Of a stretch of DNA of 64,000 bases, positions 43,284-53,771 are shown piece after piece. Source of the stretch: a virus. The number at the start of each line of letters is the position of its first letter. Position 1 is the stretch's first letter. Under the pieces are notes generated by a model that had not been told where the DNA came from, searched no databases, and saw only the letters and a list, made by a program, of their open reading frames with translations. The stretch lies in the IMG/VR virus record IMGVR_UViG_3300031825_000353; one strand, 5' to 3'. Both the position numbers and the translations under genes were made by a program.

Positions 43284-43583
43284 CTAGTCCATCCCAATCG
43301 CCGGATCCTCGTAGGGGCACTCGGGGGAGGAGCAGTGGTCGGTCTTGCGGCGGCCGACGCCGGGGCTGGTGGATTCCAGGACGCTCACCCGGGCATGGAG
43401 GTTCCGCAGTTCGCGGGAGTGACCATCGCCCTGCTTCTCGACGCGCTGGAGGGTGCCGTTGACGATCTGGAATTCCCGGTTGATGGTGGCGTAGATGTTC
43501 TTCAGCTCGCGGCTGACGGTCCACTTCAGGAGCGCCCAGAAGGCGGCGAGCAGAACCGCGAAGTCGAGAAATTTGGATTCCAT
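43284..43583 (-). CDS. Small membrane protein, holin/XhlA-like (full copy)
   Basis: N-terminal TM plus coiled coil. Confidence 0.55.
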   Translation of the reverse strand: MESKFLDFAVLLAAFWALLKWTVSRELKNIYATINREFQIVNGTLQRVEKQGDGHSRELRNLHARVSVLESTSPGVGRRKTDHCSSPECPYEDPAIGMD

Positions 43584-43590
43584 CGGTGCC

Positions 43591-44346
43591 TCAGAAGCGG
43601 ATTCCACCGCCGAGGGCGGCCGTGTGGTTGAGGTAGACGACCTGGACTTGGGCCGGGCCCCAGGAGGCGGCGGCGTAGGCGCCGAGGTGGCGCTGGCCGG
43701 TGGTATCGACGCCGTAAAGGGCGCCCACGGCCCAGGTGCGGGTGCGGGGGGTGAGATCGATGGCGCGGGCGAGGGCCGCGGCGCGGCGGGCCTCGGTGTC
43801 GGCGCGGGTGTCGGCGGCGGCCAGGGCGCGGTCGGTGGCGGCCTGCTGCTGAGTCTGGGCTTGGGAGCGGGCTTCCTGGGCGGTGGTGAGCTGCTCCAGG
43901 TCGCCCAGGCGGGCCTGCAGGCCGGGCACGCGCAGGGCTTCCCAGCCCCAGCCCAGCACGGCGCGACCGTCGGGCAGGGTCAGGGCCAGGTCAGTGCCCA
44001 GCTCGCGCGGGTGGAGCCCCAGGCCCTGAAGGCCCGCCACCACCACGGCAGCGGAGGCATCGGCAGGGACGGGCACGGCGGGCGGGGGCACGGGATGCTG
44101 CGCAGCCTGGCGCTGAAGCCGGGCCACCTCGGCATTGGTCTCGGTGACCAGCTGCTGCGCGGCGGCGCGGTCGGCCTTCGCCGTCTCCTCGGCTTGACGT
44201 GCCGCACGGATCTCTCCCTTCAGGATGGTGGCTTCCTCGATGGCGGCGGCGCGGCCCCGGGCCTTGTGCACCGCCACGCCGATGGAGGCCAGCAGGGCGA
44301 GGGTCAGGGCGGAGAGGAGGAGGGTGGCCTTGGCGGCGTCGGTCAT
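43591..44346 (-). CDS. Spanin-like protein (copy 2)
   Basis: Identical translation to 204..959. Confidence 0.6.
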   Translation of the reverse strand: MTDAAKATLLLSALTLALLASIGVAVHKARGRAAAIEEATILKGEIRAARQAEETAKADRAAAQQLVTETNAEVARLQRQAAQHPVPPPAVPVPADASAAVVVAGLQGLGLHPRELGTDLALTLPDGRAVLGWGWEALRVPGLQARLGDLEQLTTAQEARSQAQTQQQAATDRALAAADTRADTEARRAAALARAIDLTPRTRTWAVGALYGVDTTGQRHLGAYAAASWGPAQVQVVYLNHTAALGGGIRF

Positions 44347-44524
44347 GGCAGCGGCTCCTCAGCCACCGGAACCACCAGATCCGCCTCGTCAGCCACCTCG
44401 AACCACTGCCCCGGCGTGAGGTCGGCCATGCTCGCGGCCAGGCTCTCCGCATCGGGCGCGATGAACACGCGGCCCCCGATGGGCAGGCCCGCCTCGTCTG
44501 TGAGTTGGACTATCGCCTTGACGC

Positions 44525-45814
44525 TCACCAGTTCACCCCCACGGTATCGCCTGCGGTCAGCGGCCCTGAATACGTCCACGACGCCGCTACGACGTCCCCA
44601 GCCTCCAGGCCGCCCGTGTAGGACCAGGTGCCGGAGTAGGTTCCGCCGCTCTGTGCGGTGGTGATGGCACCCGCGCTGGTCATGGTGTAGTCGGTGAGGG
44701 TGACGGGCGTCGCCCCCGTAGCGATGTAGCTGCCGCCCTCAACCGACGCCATGGCTCCCCAGAAATAGAGCCCACTGGCCCCGTCTCCGTTGTAGGAGGT
44801 CAGGCCCCCGGCATCTGCCAGATAGCAGAGCAGTCGGGGGGTTGTGGCCCCTGTCCCAGACGGTGCCGTGAACCCACACAGCAGCGATCCATCACTAAGC
44901 CTAATTGCATAAGTGTCGGTAGCCGTCGAAAGCGCCGCTACCGTCCCCGCCGTCAGATCAATATTGATCCCAGGCTCCGAGCCAGCCTTGCCGCGCAAAC
45001 GGAAACTGGCGCGGGTGCGTGTGCCAGGGTAGAGGACCGCCATGCACTTGTAGCTGGTGTTGTCTGCCAGCGTCACTCCAGGCCCAAGGACCAGATGGGT
45101 GTTGGCGGCAGTCGCATCCTCCTGGATGAACCGCATTACACCGCCGGTCACGTTGGGTGCTGTGCGCGTGGCTGCGCCAATCGTGCAGCGCGTCTTGATC
45201 CATCCGCCGTTGGTCAGATCCTCGGAAACGGGGCTGACGTTCGTCCGCGCCGCACTCGACAGCGCCACGGTCCCCTGCCAGTCCGTCCGGGTGAGCAAGG
45301 ACAGCGACGGAGCATTCCCCGCATCCGTGTCCGACCCGTCAGCCCGCGTGAGCTGGAGGTGGGTCGAGTCCACCACCCGGGGCGCAGCCGTGCGAGGGCC
45401 GTGAGCCCATGCCGTGAGCGTGACCGCGCCTGCCGCGTCCATCGTCCAGCCACGGGCGAGGCCGTTGACCGTGAGGGCGGAGATCGCTGGGGCGTTGGTC
45501 GCGTCCGTGTCGGAGCCGTCGGATTTGGTGAGGTGGAGATTGAGGCTGTCGATGCTACGCGGGGCGGCTGTGCGCGAGGTCGTGAGCCCCGTGAGGGTCA
45601 GCACGTTCCCGCTGCGCGTGAAGCTGGCGAGGGGAGCGCCGTTGAATAGGACGGAGGCAGGGGTGGCGCTGCACGGCTGGCCGAACGGGTCGAAGATCGC
45701 CGCCTGAGTTGGGGGCACCAGGACGGCGGGCACGGGGTTCGCCGTGGGGGCGCGGTCGAGGATGCGGATGGGGCCACCCTGGGGCGTGGGCGGAACGGCG
45801 ACGAGGCGCATCAC
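44525..45814 (-). CDS. Tail fibre-like protein (copy 2)
   Basis: Identical translation to 1138..2427. Confidence 0.6.
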   Translation of the reverse strand: MMRLVAVPPTPQGGPIRILDRAPTANPVPAVLVPPTQAAIFDPFGQPCSATPASVLFNGAPLASFTRSGNVLTLTGLTTSRTAAPRSIDSLNLHLTKSDGSDTDATNAPAISALTVNGLARGWTMDAAGAVTLTAWAHGPRTAAPRVVDSTHLQLTRADGSDTDAGNAPSLSLLTRTDWQGTVALSSAARTNVSPVSEDLTNGGWIKTRCTIGAATRTAPNVTGGVMRFIQEDATAANTHLVLGPGVTLADNTSYKCMAVLYPGTRTRASFRLRGKAGSEPGINIDLTAGTVAALSTATDTYAIRLSDGSLLCGFTAPSGTGATTPRLLCYLADAGGLTSYNGDGASGLYFWGAMASVEGGSYIATGATPVTLTDYTMTSAGAITTAQSGGTYSGTWSYTGGLEAGDVVAASWTYSGPLTAGDTVGVNW

Positions 45815-46224
45815 CGCACGATCTCGCGCGTGATGACCATGCCCCCGGCGCCGTCTTCGGGCCGCAGCACGTCACCACCGGGCAGGGTGACCTCGACGGC
45901 CCAGACGCAGTAGGTGCCGACGGCCGTGCGGAGCTTCCCGTCGCTCTGCTTCTCCTGGGCGGAGCCGGGGTTTGTGGTGGGCAGGACCAGGGCGGAGGAT
46001 GCGGCTGCCGTGACGGTGGCGCTCATGGCCCCGGATGCCCCGCCCAGGGTGATTCCACCGCGGGTCTGGTCGTCCAGGTCGAAGGCCACGGCGCCCTCGG
46101 CATTGCCGAAGCGGATGGTCAGCCGGGCGTGGGCTCCGGTGAGGTCGAACGGCGAGCCGTCGGCATTGACGAGCGACCAGGCGCGGCGCCAGGTGGCTCC
46201 CTGGTCGAGGATCAGGTCGGTCAT
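45811..46224 (-). CDS. BppU-N-like protein (copy 2)
   Basis: Identical translation to 2424..2837. Confidence 0.65.
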   Translation of the reverse strand: MTDLILDQGATWRRAWSLVNADGSPFDLTGAHARLTIRFGNAEGAVAFDLDDQTRGGITLGGASGAMSATVTAAASSALVLPTTNPGSAQEKQSDGKLRTAVGTYCVWAVEVTLPGGDVLRPEDGAGGMVITREIVR

Positions 46225-46517
46225 GGTTCGGACTCCTTCTGCCCCAGGGCGATCTCCCGGGCGGCCCGGTGCTGGCTCTTCTGGACGGAGCCGGCGAAGG
46301 CGAGGGTGTTCACCCACAGGGCGCCGATGGCGGTCCAGTAGATTCCGTCGGCCTTCTGGAGGAAGACGTACACGGCGACGCCCGCGGTGGTGCCCAGCAC
46401 GGCGCAGTAGACGCTGGAGAGGCCCGCCCAGAACCAGACCACCTTGGTGCTGCTGACGCCTTGGCCGGCCGTGTGGCTCTGGGCTTCGCGGAGGAAGGCG
46501 GCGAGGCGCTCAAGCAC
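46221..46517 (-). CDS. Holin (copy 2)
   Basis: Identical translation to 2834..3130. Confidence 0.75.
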   Translation of the reverse strand: MLERLAAFLREAQSHTAGQGVSSTKVVWFWAGLSSVYCAVLGTTAGVAVYVFLQKADGIYWTAIGALWVNTLAFAGSVQKSQHRAAREIALGQKESEP

Positions 46518-47031
46518 GGGCGGCCTCCTGGAGGGCCTGCACGGCCGCCAGGAACTCGGCCAGGGCGTTGGTGCCGCCGTTGACCAGGCGCCGCACGCGC
46601 CGCCAGTCGCCAGCCTCGGCGGCGGCGGGGATGCCCTTCTGCTTGAGGTAGAGGGCCAGGACGCGGGCGGCGACGGTGGGTTCGAGGGCCATGTCCGGCA
46701 CGCCCACCAGGTCGAGGCCCAGGGCCTCGCCGGCATCCAGGTAGTTCCCGCGCCAGGTGAGCTGGACGAAGCCGCGGCCGTAATAGCCGCTGGGCCAGTA
46801 GCGCTCCTGGGTGGCCCAGAGGCCGGGCTGCTTGGCGGGGTTGGCGCGGCGCTCGCGGATGGGCTGGAAGCTGCGGGTCTCGACGGCCACGGTGGCGGCG
46901 GCGGCGATCTGGCACGGGAGGGAGGCGATGCCGAGCGCTTCGAGGGCGGCCAGGATGTTGGGCCAGTGCGCGGCGACGTTGCGCTGCGGGCAGCCCGTGG
47001 CCGCGGCCACCTGGTCGGCTGTGAGGGTCAC
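46510..47031 (-). CDS. GH19 endolysin (copy 2)
   Basis: Identical translation to 3123..3644. Confidence 0.92.
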   Translation of the reverse strand: MTLTADQVAAATGCPQRNVAAHWPNILAALEALGIASLPCQIAAAATVAVETRSFQPIRERRANPAKQPGLWATQERYWPSGYYGRGFVQLTWRGNYLDAGEALGLDLVGVPDMALEPTVAARVLALYLKQKGIPAAAEAGDWRRVRRLVNGGTNALAEFLAAVQALQEAARA

Positions 47032-47200
47032 GCTTGCACCAAGGTGGGGAGGCCCCTGGTCAGTCGAACCCGGATTTCTGAGCCGGGCCCGTAGGCAATG
47101 GCTTGTTCAGCTCGCGCCTGGTCGTGCAAGTGTGCCTCCCCACCCCAAGGTGGGTGTTGTCATGGGGAGGCGATGTACTGTTCGGCGCGATTATCGCCCG

Positions 47201-47692
47201 CTAACTCATCACGACGGCGGGCGTGGTGCGGATGGTTCCGTTGTAGGCCCCGTTGATGGGCTTGATGCGGAACTGCACAGGCTTGGTGAGGTCGGCATCA
47301 TCGGCGGTGCGCTGCGCGAGGGTGTAGACCTGGGAGGTACCCGTGAGGCCAGTCCAGGTCCGCTTGACGACACCCGCGATGAGGACCTCGATGGTGAGGG
47401 TGCCTTCGATGGCGTAGCTTCCCGCCACATCCTGGGCCACGAGAGGGGCGCCCTGGCCCTGGGCGACACGGTTGCGGTGGGACCAGGAGAGGGTGACATC
47501 CCCGGTGGTGGTGGCCGGCCAGGTGGCGTAGGGCTGTCCGTTCAGCTTGACATTGCCGGGGGGCAAGGGTGCCCAGGCCCGGCTGGCCGTGGTGATCTGC
47601 ATCTCGGTGGCAGAGGCGAGCGGGAGGATCCCACGCATGGTGCGGGGGAGAATTTTGATCTTAAGGAGAAGATCGGATGCATAGCCGGGCAT
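47201..47692 (-). CDS. Tail-tip C-terminal module (copy 2)
   Basis: Identical translation to 3814..4305. Confidence 0.75.
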   Translation of the reverse strand: MPGYASDLLLKIKILPRTMRGILPLASATEMQITTASRAWAPLPPGNVKLNGQPYATWPATTTGDVTLSWSHRNRVAQGQGAPLVAQDVAGSYAIEGTLTIEVLIAGVVKRTWTGLTGTSQVYTLAQRTADDADLTKPVQFRIKPINGAYNGTIRTTPAVVMS

Positions 47693-47701
47693 GGGGCTCC
47701 C

Positions 47702-50326
47702 TCAGGCTGTGAGTTCTTGGACTTCGATAAAAGCTGTGGGGAAACCCGAATACGTTCCCGCGGCGGTGCTCCCCGCGCGCGCCTCAAACGTGATAGGTGT
47801 GAGGCTAGTCGTTACCATTTCGTATCTCGCCTGTGGGTAGGTCGGCCAGCCTGCATATTGCACGATTTGCAGGCCGACTGCGACGTTGGCAGACCCGCCA
47901 TCCCTGAAGATCCCAACCTGAGAGGCAGACCAGTCTGCATTGAGGCTCCCAGCGCCAAAAGCCTTGACTACGATCCGAGTACCGATGGCAGAAGGGGTGA
48001 TGGTGATGGAGCCGATGGACCTACCCTGGGTGATGGTGATGCCGGTCCCAGCCGTTTCCGAGTTGACCGGCGAAGTGGATGAGACCAGACTCGTCGTTGT
48101 CCCGCCACTGCTGCCTGCGATCAGCCTCTGCCGGACCACCCCGCCGCCCCCCCCGCCCGAACCATCGGCCCCCTTCTGGGCCATCAAATCCCAATAACCC
48201 GTGGCCGTGGCGGGGTCCTGGTTCATGCCGGCCTGGATGGACACATAGCTCGACCCATTCCGGCTGACGGTGTCATCCACCGCATAGACATGATCTGGGT
48301 CCCAGGGGCCATGCCAGGTATACCCCCGCCCAGCGGCTCCAGGTTCGCCAGGCGTCCCTGGGGTGCCCGGCTCGCTTCCGGTGGACTGGACATCAGCCGC
48401 GCCCTCGCTCACGAACCAGACCCGCGCACCCGTAGCAAGATCAGCCGGCACGCTGTCCAGTACGCCGCGAAGGATGGCCGCGATGGTGTAGGTGCCGTCG
48501 TGGTTATCGGTGGCGGTAGTCCAGGACACGATCTCCCCGGTGGCCGGGAACCACGCCAGGTTGGTGCCACGTGCTCGACCATCGGCGTTGGTGCTCAGCG
48601 CCGGCAGTTGGGCCAGGTCGGACCCCCCAGAAACGGTGAACCCAGCGGCATCCAGGGCAGCGGTTTTGCAGGAGTACGGGGATGCGAGCAGGCCTGTGGG
48701 GGTCATGGAGGATAGGCTGCCCGTGAGGAGGTAGCCCGCGCCTTCGTTACTCCAGACCTCACCCCCCAGGGTGATCTGGTCGGCCCGCGCGCCCATGGCG
48801 AGCACCATGCGCAGCTCGCCGGTCATCCAGTAGGGCTCCTCGAGCAGGGCTTGCGCCTCGCAGGGCAGGGGCACCGTGACGGGATCAGTCCACCCACCAC
48901 CTGCCGGAGGGTTGTAGGCCTGGGCCCCCACACTGAAGACGTCCTGGGCGAACTCGACGGTGATCTTACCGGCACCCAGGGTGCCGTAGCGGATGTTGGT
49001 CACGCGGCAGATCAGCCCACTCCAGCCGTGCGGCGCGAAGGTGAGCTTGAATGGGGAGCCCGGACGCAGCTGCCAGGCCTTGCGGTTCAGCTGCAGGGTT
49101 CCCTTGGCGAGGGACGATGATAGGACGCGGGTTTCTCGGGCTGCCACGTACTGGGCCAGGCCTGGGCCCGAGAGCCCCATGAAGTCGAGGGTGGTGTCGC
49201 CCCCCTCACCACGTGCCCAGTAGTTCCCCGCATCCTGGTCCTGGGCGGTGCGCACCGTGTAGGCCTTCGCCCGGTCCACGTAGCGGATGACCACACGATT
49301 CAGGGTCTCTGGCGGCGCGGCAAGGGTCACCTCCGGCGCATCCTGGAAATCTGGCTCGGAGAATTCAGGCAGGGTGGCCGGATCGTAGTCGGCGCGGATC
49401 AGCTTCAGGCAGGTGAGACCGGTGGCGGGGTCGGTGTAGAGCACGCCGTCGATGTGGCGGAGGATCTCGCCCATCCAGGCGTCGGCAGCTTGGGCCCGGT
49501 CCATCAGGAGGGAGATACCAAAACCCTCCGCATAGAGGGCATCAGCGGCCGTCTGGAAAGTGGAGAGGTTCAGGGTGGCGATGGATTCCCCGCAGCCACC
49601 CTCTTCACGGGGCTGAGTCAGGATGTGCACCAGTCCATAGGCCGGGTTGGCGTCGCCGTTGAGGTTCTTCTTCGTGGCGTCGAGGCCGGCCGCGCAGGGG
49701 CAGCACCGCAAGACCCACGCCCATTCCTTCGGATAGTTGCTGGTGCCGAGGTAGAAATCCTTGAGCACGGCATAGCAGATCCCCCGCCAGGCCGGTGCTG
49801 GGGATCCAAACTTTGACGACAAGTAGGGGTCGGAGCCCTGCGCAGCACTGCCGAAGTAGAACCTCAGCGTTCCGCCGAGGCCACCCTCTTTCTCCTCGCC
49901 ACCGAAGATCTCTGGCAGGTTGATGGTGACGTCGGCACCACCATCGGCGGAGGTGGTTGTGATGGATGCGCCGGCATCCTTCAGGCTCTTGTCGCCCACG
50001 ACGATATCGACCAGCTCATCGATCGGGCCGAGCGCCAGCGCATGCTGCATGCCCATGTGGTAGCGGTACCCGATAGTGGTGCGGTGCCCGGTCATGGCGT
50101 TGGAGACACGCTTGATGGCTTCGGTGCGCAGGGCACCCCACCAGGTGATGTTCGGGCCCTTGTTCTTGCAGGTGCCCAGGACCATGGTGAGGGGGCGTCC
50201 CTCTTCGGCGGTGGGGACCTGGAATTCGCCCAGCGAAGAGGGCTCGGCATCCTTGGGCTTGGGGGCCAGCATCGCCGAAACGACGGTGGAGATGACCATC
50301 ATGGCCAGAGCGACCCAGAATCCCAT
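47702..50326 (-). CDS. Tail tip protein (copy 2)
   Basis: Identical translation to 4315..6939. Confidence 0.88.
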   Translation of the reverse strand: MGFWVALAMMVISTVVSAMLAPKPKDAEPSSLGEFQVPTAEEGRPLTMVLGTCKNKGPNITWWGALRTEAIKRVSNAMTGHRTTIGYRYHMGMQHALALGPIDELVDIVVGDKSLKDAGASITTTSADGGADVTINLPEIFGGEEKEGGLGGTLRFYFGSAAQGSDPYLSSKFGSPAPAWRGICYAVLKDFYLGTSNYPKEWAWVLRCCPCAAGLDATKKNLNGDANPAYGLVHILTQPREEGGCGESIATLNLSTFQTAADALYAEGFGISLLMDRAQAADAWMGEILRHIDGVLYTDPATGLTCLKLIRADYDPATLPEFSEPDFQDAPEVTLAAPPETLNRVVIRYVDRAKAYTVRTAQDQDAGNYWARGEGGDTTLDFMGLSGPGLAQYVAARETRVLSSSLAKGTLQLNRKAWQLRPGSPFKLTFAPHGWSGLICRVTNIRYGTLGAGKITVEFAQDVFSVGAQAYNPPAGGGWTDPVTVPLPCEAQALLEEPYWMTGELRMVLAMGARADQITLGGEVWSNEGAGYLLTGSLSSMTPTGLLASPYSCKTAALDAAGFTVSGGSDLAQLPALSTNADGRARGTNLAWFPATGEIVSWTTATDNHDGTYTIAAILRGVLDSVPADLATGARVWFVSEGAADVQSTGSEPGTPGTPGEPGAAGRGYTWHGPWDPDHVYAVDDTVSRNGSSYVSIQAGMNQDPATATGYWDLMAQKGADGSGGGGGGVVRQRLIAGSSGGTTTSLVSSTSPVNSETAGTGITITQGRSIGSITITPSAIGTRIVVKAFGAGSLNADWSASQVGIFRDGGSANVAVGLQIVQYAGWPTYPQARYEMVTTSLTPITFEARAGSTAAGTYSGFPTAFIEVQELTA

Positions 50327-51117
50327 CAGATGCCCCCAGAATCGAAGGGCTGGCGTGTGGGGATGCGCTTGAAACCCATGTGGTTGAGGAGGTTGTTGTA
50401 GCGGTTCGCGCAGTCATCCTCGGTGCCCTGGCAGCCTGGGTAAGCTACGACTTCGGCCCCGGGCACCAAAGACGGAAGCATCGTCCGAAGCGTCAGGACA
50501 GGGCCGACATGTCCGGTTATCGTCCGCGTGTCTCCAAGGTACTCGATCCAGCCCCCCTTGAAATGCCCATCCGGATGGCCCGCGAAGGCGGTGGAAGTGA
50601 TTGTCAGGCCGGAAACATCGGTGAGTGTGGCCGGCACCCGCCATGCCGACTTGTTCACGCCGCAGCGGGCAGTGCCCCATCGCAGGGGGCACTGGTACTG
50701 GAACGTGAGCGCAGGGATCGGCTGCTTCCATACGGCTTGGCGCGGGGCGCAGATGAACTCGCAGGTCTCCTGGATCTTGGCACTCATCACCCGGCCGGTA
50801 AAAACACAGGCCGTCTCTGTTTCGCCGTCGTGCCCGCACGTCACGATCAAGCTCACGGGGGTGGATGGTGGGCCCTCGCGGAAGAGTTGGGCGACCGGAT
50901 TGTCGAGATCCAGGGTCACGGTCACATTGCCGCTGGAGGTCTCCCCGTTCTGGTCGACCTCGGTCCTCTGCAGGACCGCAGGCAGGTAGGTCTGGCCTTG
51001 AAACAACCGAGGGGCATCTCCGCTGGCCTGAAGCCAGGTGGTAGCACCCAAGTTCCAGCGGTAGAGCTCGAAAGGCTCGCCTCCATGGGCGCTCCGTTCG
51101 CGGGCATCGAAGGTCAT
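50326..51117 (-). CDS. BR0599/DUF2163 protein (copy 2)
   Basis: Identical translation to 6939..7730. Confidence 0.9.
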   Translation of the reverse strand: MTFDARERSAHGGEPFELYRWNLGATTWLQASGDAPRLFQGQTYLPAVLQRTEVDQNGETSSGNVTVTLDLDNPVAQLFREGPPSTPVSLIVTCGHDGETETACVFTGRVMSAKIQETCEFICAPRQAVWKQPIPALTFQYQCPLRWGTARCGVNKSAWRVPATLTDVSGLTITSTAFAGHPDGHFKGGWIEYLGDTRTITGHVGPVLTLRTMLPSLVPGAEVVAYPGCQGTEDDCANRYNNLLNHMGFKRIPTRQPFDSGGI

Positions 51118-51716
51118 GGCACCTCCTGGGGGAGTTCAGAGCAGGGGAGGGTCACCTCTGCCACGCTTTCGGTGATGTAGGTGATCTCGATTTCATCCGA
51201 GGCCAGCCGACAAAGGAGCAGGTGACTGATGAGAGCGCCACCCGGCAGTGCCACACCGAGAGGGGCATTCAACGTCAAGGTCTCAACCCCACCCCCCTCA
51301 GCGGCTGCCAGCACAGACCGGTAGATCCAGGTGGCTCCATTCAGGAAGGCCAGATGCCTCCGGGCCTGCGCCGGGAACATGTGGCGCGCATAGCCCGCGC
51401 TCTGGATGAGGATGGATGAATCGCTGGCTCCGACGGCTTGGGCCAGCATCAGATCCCGGCGACGAGAGGGCAGCCAGAAGGGGACCGCACGGCCGCGATG
51501 AGCATCGAGGAACGCTTCCATCGATGCTATGGCAGCTCGGTCGGGACAGGTCCAAACCACGGGGGTGGAAATCGCAGGGGCTTCGGAGCGCCCGCGGACC
51601 GACCTTGTCCCCAGGCCCGGGTCCAGAGCCGACACGGACCGGTCCAGCCCATCCTCGCGCGGATCGCGGGCGTTGGGGGAGATCTCCAGGACCTCGATGC
51701 CTAGGTAGTTGGTCAT
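51114..51716 (-). CDS. Distal-tail-like protein (copy 2)
   Basis: Identical translation to 7727..8329. Confidence 0.75.
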   Translation of the reverse strand: MTNYLGIEVLEISPNARDPREDGLDRSVSALDPGLGTRSVRGRSEAPAISTPVVWTCPDRAAIASMEAFLDAHRGRAVPFWLPSRRRDLMLAQAVGASDSSILIQSAGYARHMFPAQARRHLAFLNGATWIYRSVLAAAEGGGVETLTLNAPLGVALPGGALISHLLLCRLASDEIEITYITESVAEVTLPCSELPQEVP

Positions 51717-52771
51717 ACGGGGGCGCAATCAAAAGAGACGGTGCCGGCGCTCAGCCAATTGGCCGGACGCCCGAGCTGCTGCTTGGGCTGGATGTAGCCC
51801 CTGCGGAGGGGCACCACCCGGGCGCCGGAAGGCCAGGCCCTGGTGGTTTGCGATCCGAGCTGGACCGCACCGTCCACCAGCCCAGCAATCCGGAAAGCCT
51901 CCCAGGCATCGAAAGCGGACCAGAGAAGCACCATCCCGCCCACCTCGAAGGAGGGGCGAAGCGAGGTGTCAGCGATGAGGGTGGTGGATCCGATGGCATG
52001 TTCCCCCACGAGAAGGGTGGACTCTGGCCAGATCGGAACGCCGAACTGGCGGGCCTGCCACTCGTAGAGGAGCGCTTCCATGCTGGCGGTTTCGAGGGGG
52101 GTGGTGGTCAGCACCCGGAAGGAGACGCTGTGGCGTGGGCGGGTTCGGAGTGACCGCCGCTGCTCCGAATCGTCGTAACCGGGGAAGATCTCGGTCAGCC
52201 ATGACTTCCGGACCCTGAAGGGGTCGGACCAATCGGGCCGATGAGGAAACACGGTGATGCGGGTACCCATCACCGTCAGGTCGGCGCCGGTCACCCCGGG
52301 AAAGGCCCAGGTGGCCAGGGCCAGGATGGTGGCATCGCCCTGGCTGGGGAGGTTGCCCATGTAGGTCTGGGACTGGCCAGGCCCATAGGTCATCGCCGCT
52401 GGGCCCGCCATGGAGAGGTTGCCAGATCCCGTGATGGGAATCTCGGTCAGCACCTTCGCGGTGGCCTGGAATGCATTCCAGACTTCGACCTGGAACGTGG
52501 TGTCGGAGAGGATGAACCCCACGTCCTTCCTGCGTGGGATGACGAGCACCCTCTCGAACAGGACTTTCCCGAACAGACCGTGGGTGGTGGCTGCGATGCC
52601 CCAGTGGGAGGTGGACACAGAGGGTGGTGGTCCGGGTATGGGGGCGAGCGCCGCGGACTCGCGAGTACACACGAGCCCCGGCACCCCGACCTGGGCCCCC
52701 AAGTCCACACTGATGCTGGGCACCGACATCTGCCGGGCATCTGGCGCGAAGTAGCCGATGAGGACAGACAT
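51713..52771 (-). CDS. Tail structural protein (copy 2)
   Basis: Identical translation to 8326..9384. Confidence 0.78.
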   Translation of the reverse strand: MSVLIGYFAPDARQMSVPSISVDLGAQVGVPGLVCTRESAALAPIPGPPPSVSTSHWGIAATTHGLFGKVLFERVLVIPRRKDVGFILSDTTFQVEVWNAFQATAKVLTEIPITGSGNLSMAGPAAMTYGPGQSQTYMGNLPSQGDATILALATWAFPGVTGADLTVMGTRITVFPHRPDWSDPFRVRKSWLTEIFPGYDDSEQRRSLRTRPRHSVSFRVLTTTPLETASMEALLYEWQARQFGVPIWPESTLLVGEHAIGSTTLIADTSLRPSFEVGGMVLLWSAFDAWEAFRIAGLVDGAVQLGSQTTRAWPSGARVVPLRRGYIQPKQQLGRPANWLSAGTVSFDCAPV

Positions 52772-52773
52772 CG

Positions 52774-53763
52774 CTAGGCGAACTTCTGAACCATGAAATT
52801 CGGGAAGCAAAGGAAATTTTGCGACCCGATTTGATAAACAGAGTTGGATGCGAACCCAAAGGATGTTGCATTTGACGCAAAAATATTGGGTAGATCTCCG
52901 AGCAGGCTGTAGCCGGAACCATCGCGCTGCGCAAAGATTCGCATCGGGAGAAGGTTCGCTTGGGCATTCATGAGGGAAACTTGTCTTCCCGAGAAATATA
53001 TATAGCTAGGAATTTCCGAAGGCATAGACCCGTATTCATTATCAATTCCAGTGACGATCAACTTCCCGGTGTAACCATAGCCATAAAAGGAAAGGGTATT
53101 AGGACCACAAGCAAGCCATTTATCCGTGAACCCATCCACGTCAGCACGAACAAAGAGGGTTGGGCAACCCCCGCCATCACCAAACTGCCCGGGGACGCGA
53201 GCGGTCACATCCGGTGTACCCGCGCCCCAGACCGACAGGGTTTCACCACCGTAAAACCCGCTGAGGGCCGCGAAGAAATAGGCACCGCCTGTCCACGCCC
53301 CAGCCTTCTCAATCGCCGCCCCCCACCCCATGTGGGTGAAAATATTTGGGGTGCGTTCGATGACGACAGTGATGTGGTCGGAACCATCATCCAGGAAGTG
53401 GTAGGCCGTCATGTTACCCACAGGGGTCTGCATGAATGCCCCCACGATGTAGGTCTGCCCCGCACCGATCGGACCACCCGCCTGAGCGTTCCACGCACTG
53501 GTAGACAGGTACCCGGTGCCGACATAGAGGCCGATGCCGATGTAGGTGGTGGTTCGGCTGGAGCCGCCGGTGAAGATGGTCTCATTGCCGTGGGTGGCCC
53601 GGAGATTGACGTAGTTCCCACCCTTGGAAAGATGCGCACGCCATCCGTTCCCGTCGATTTGCGAGAGGTGGCTCGTCCATCCTTGGGTGACGGCCCAGGT
53701 GACCAGCTTCTGCAGAAGGTCGGTTGGGCTTGAGGCAGTCCCGGTCTGGTGTGAAGCGGCCAT
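52774..53763 (-). CDS. Virion structural protein (copy 2)
   Basis: Identical translation to 9387..10376. Confidence 0.78.
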   Translation of the reverse strand: MAASHQTGTASSPTDLLQKLVTWAVTQGWTSHLSQIDGNGWRAHLSKGGNYVNLRATHGNETIFTGGSSRTTTYIGIGLYVGTGYLSTSAWNAQAGGPIGAGQTYIVGAFMQTPVGNMTAYHFLDDGSDHITVVIERTPNIFTHMGWGAAIEKAGAWTGGAYFFAALSGFYGGETLSVWGAGTPDVTARVPGQFGDGGGCPTLFVRADVDGFTDKWLACGPNTLSFYGYGYTGKLIVTGIDNEYGSMPSEIPSYIYFSGRQVSLMNAQANLLPMRIFAQRDGSGYSLLGDLPNIFASNATSFGFASNSVYQIGSQNFLCFPNFMVQKFA

Positions 53764-53771
53764 GCTACCCC

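Larger units (their letters stand above)
1..43387. mobile_element. One complete unit (circularly permuted) of a 43,387-bp temperate siphophage/prophage genome
   Basis: Full set of packaging, head, tail, lysis, replication, immunity and integration genes; sequence at 43388 restarts position 1 (cccgggcatggaggttccgc...). Confidence 0.97.
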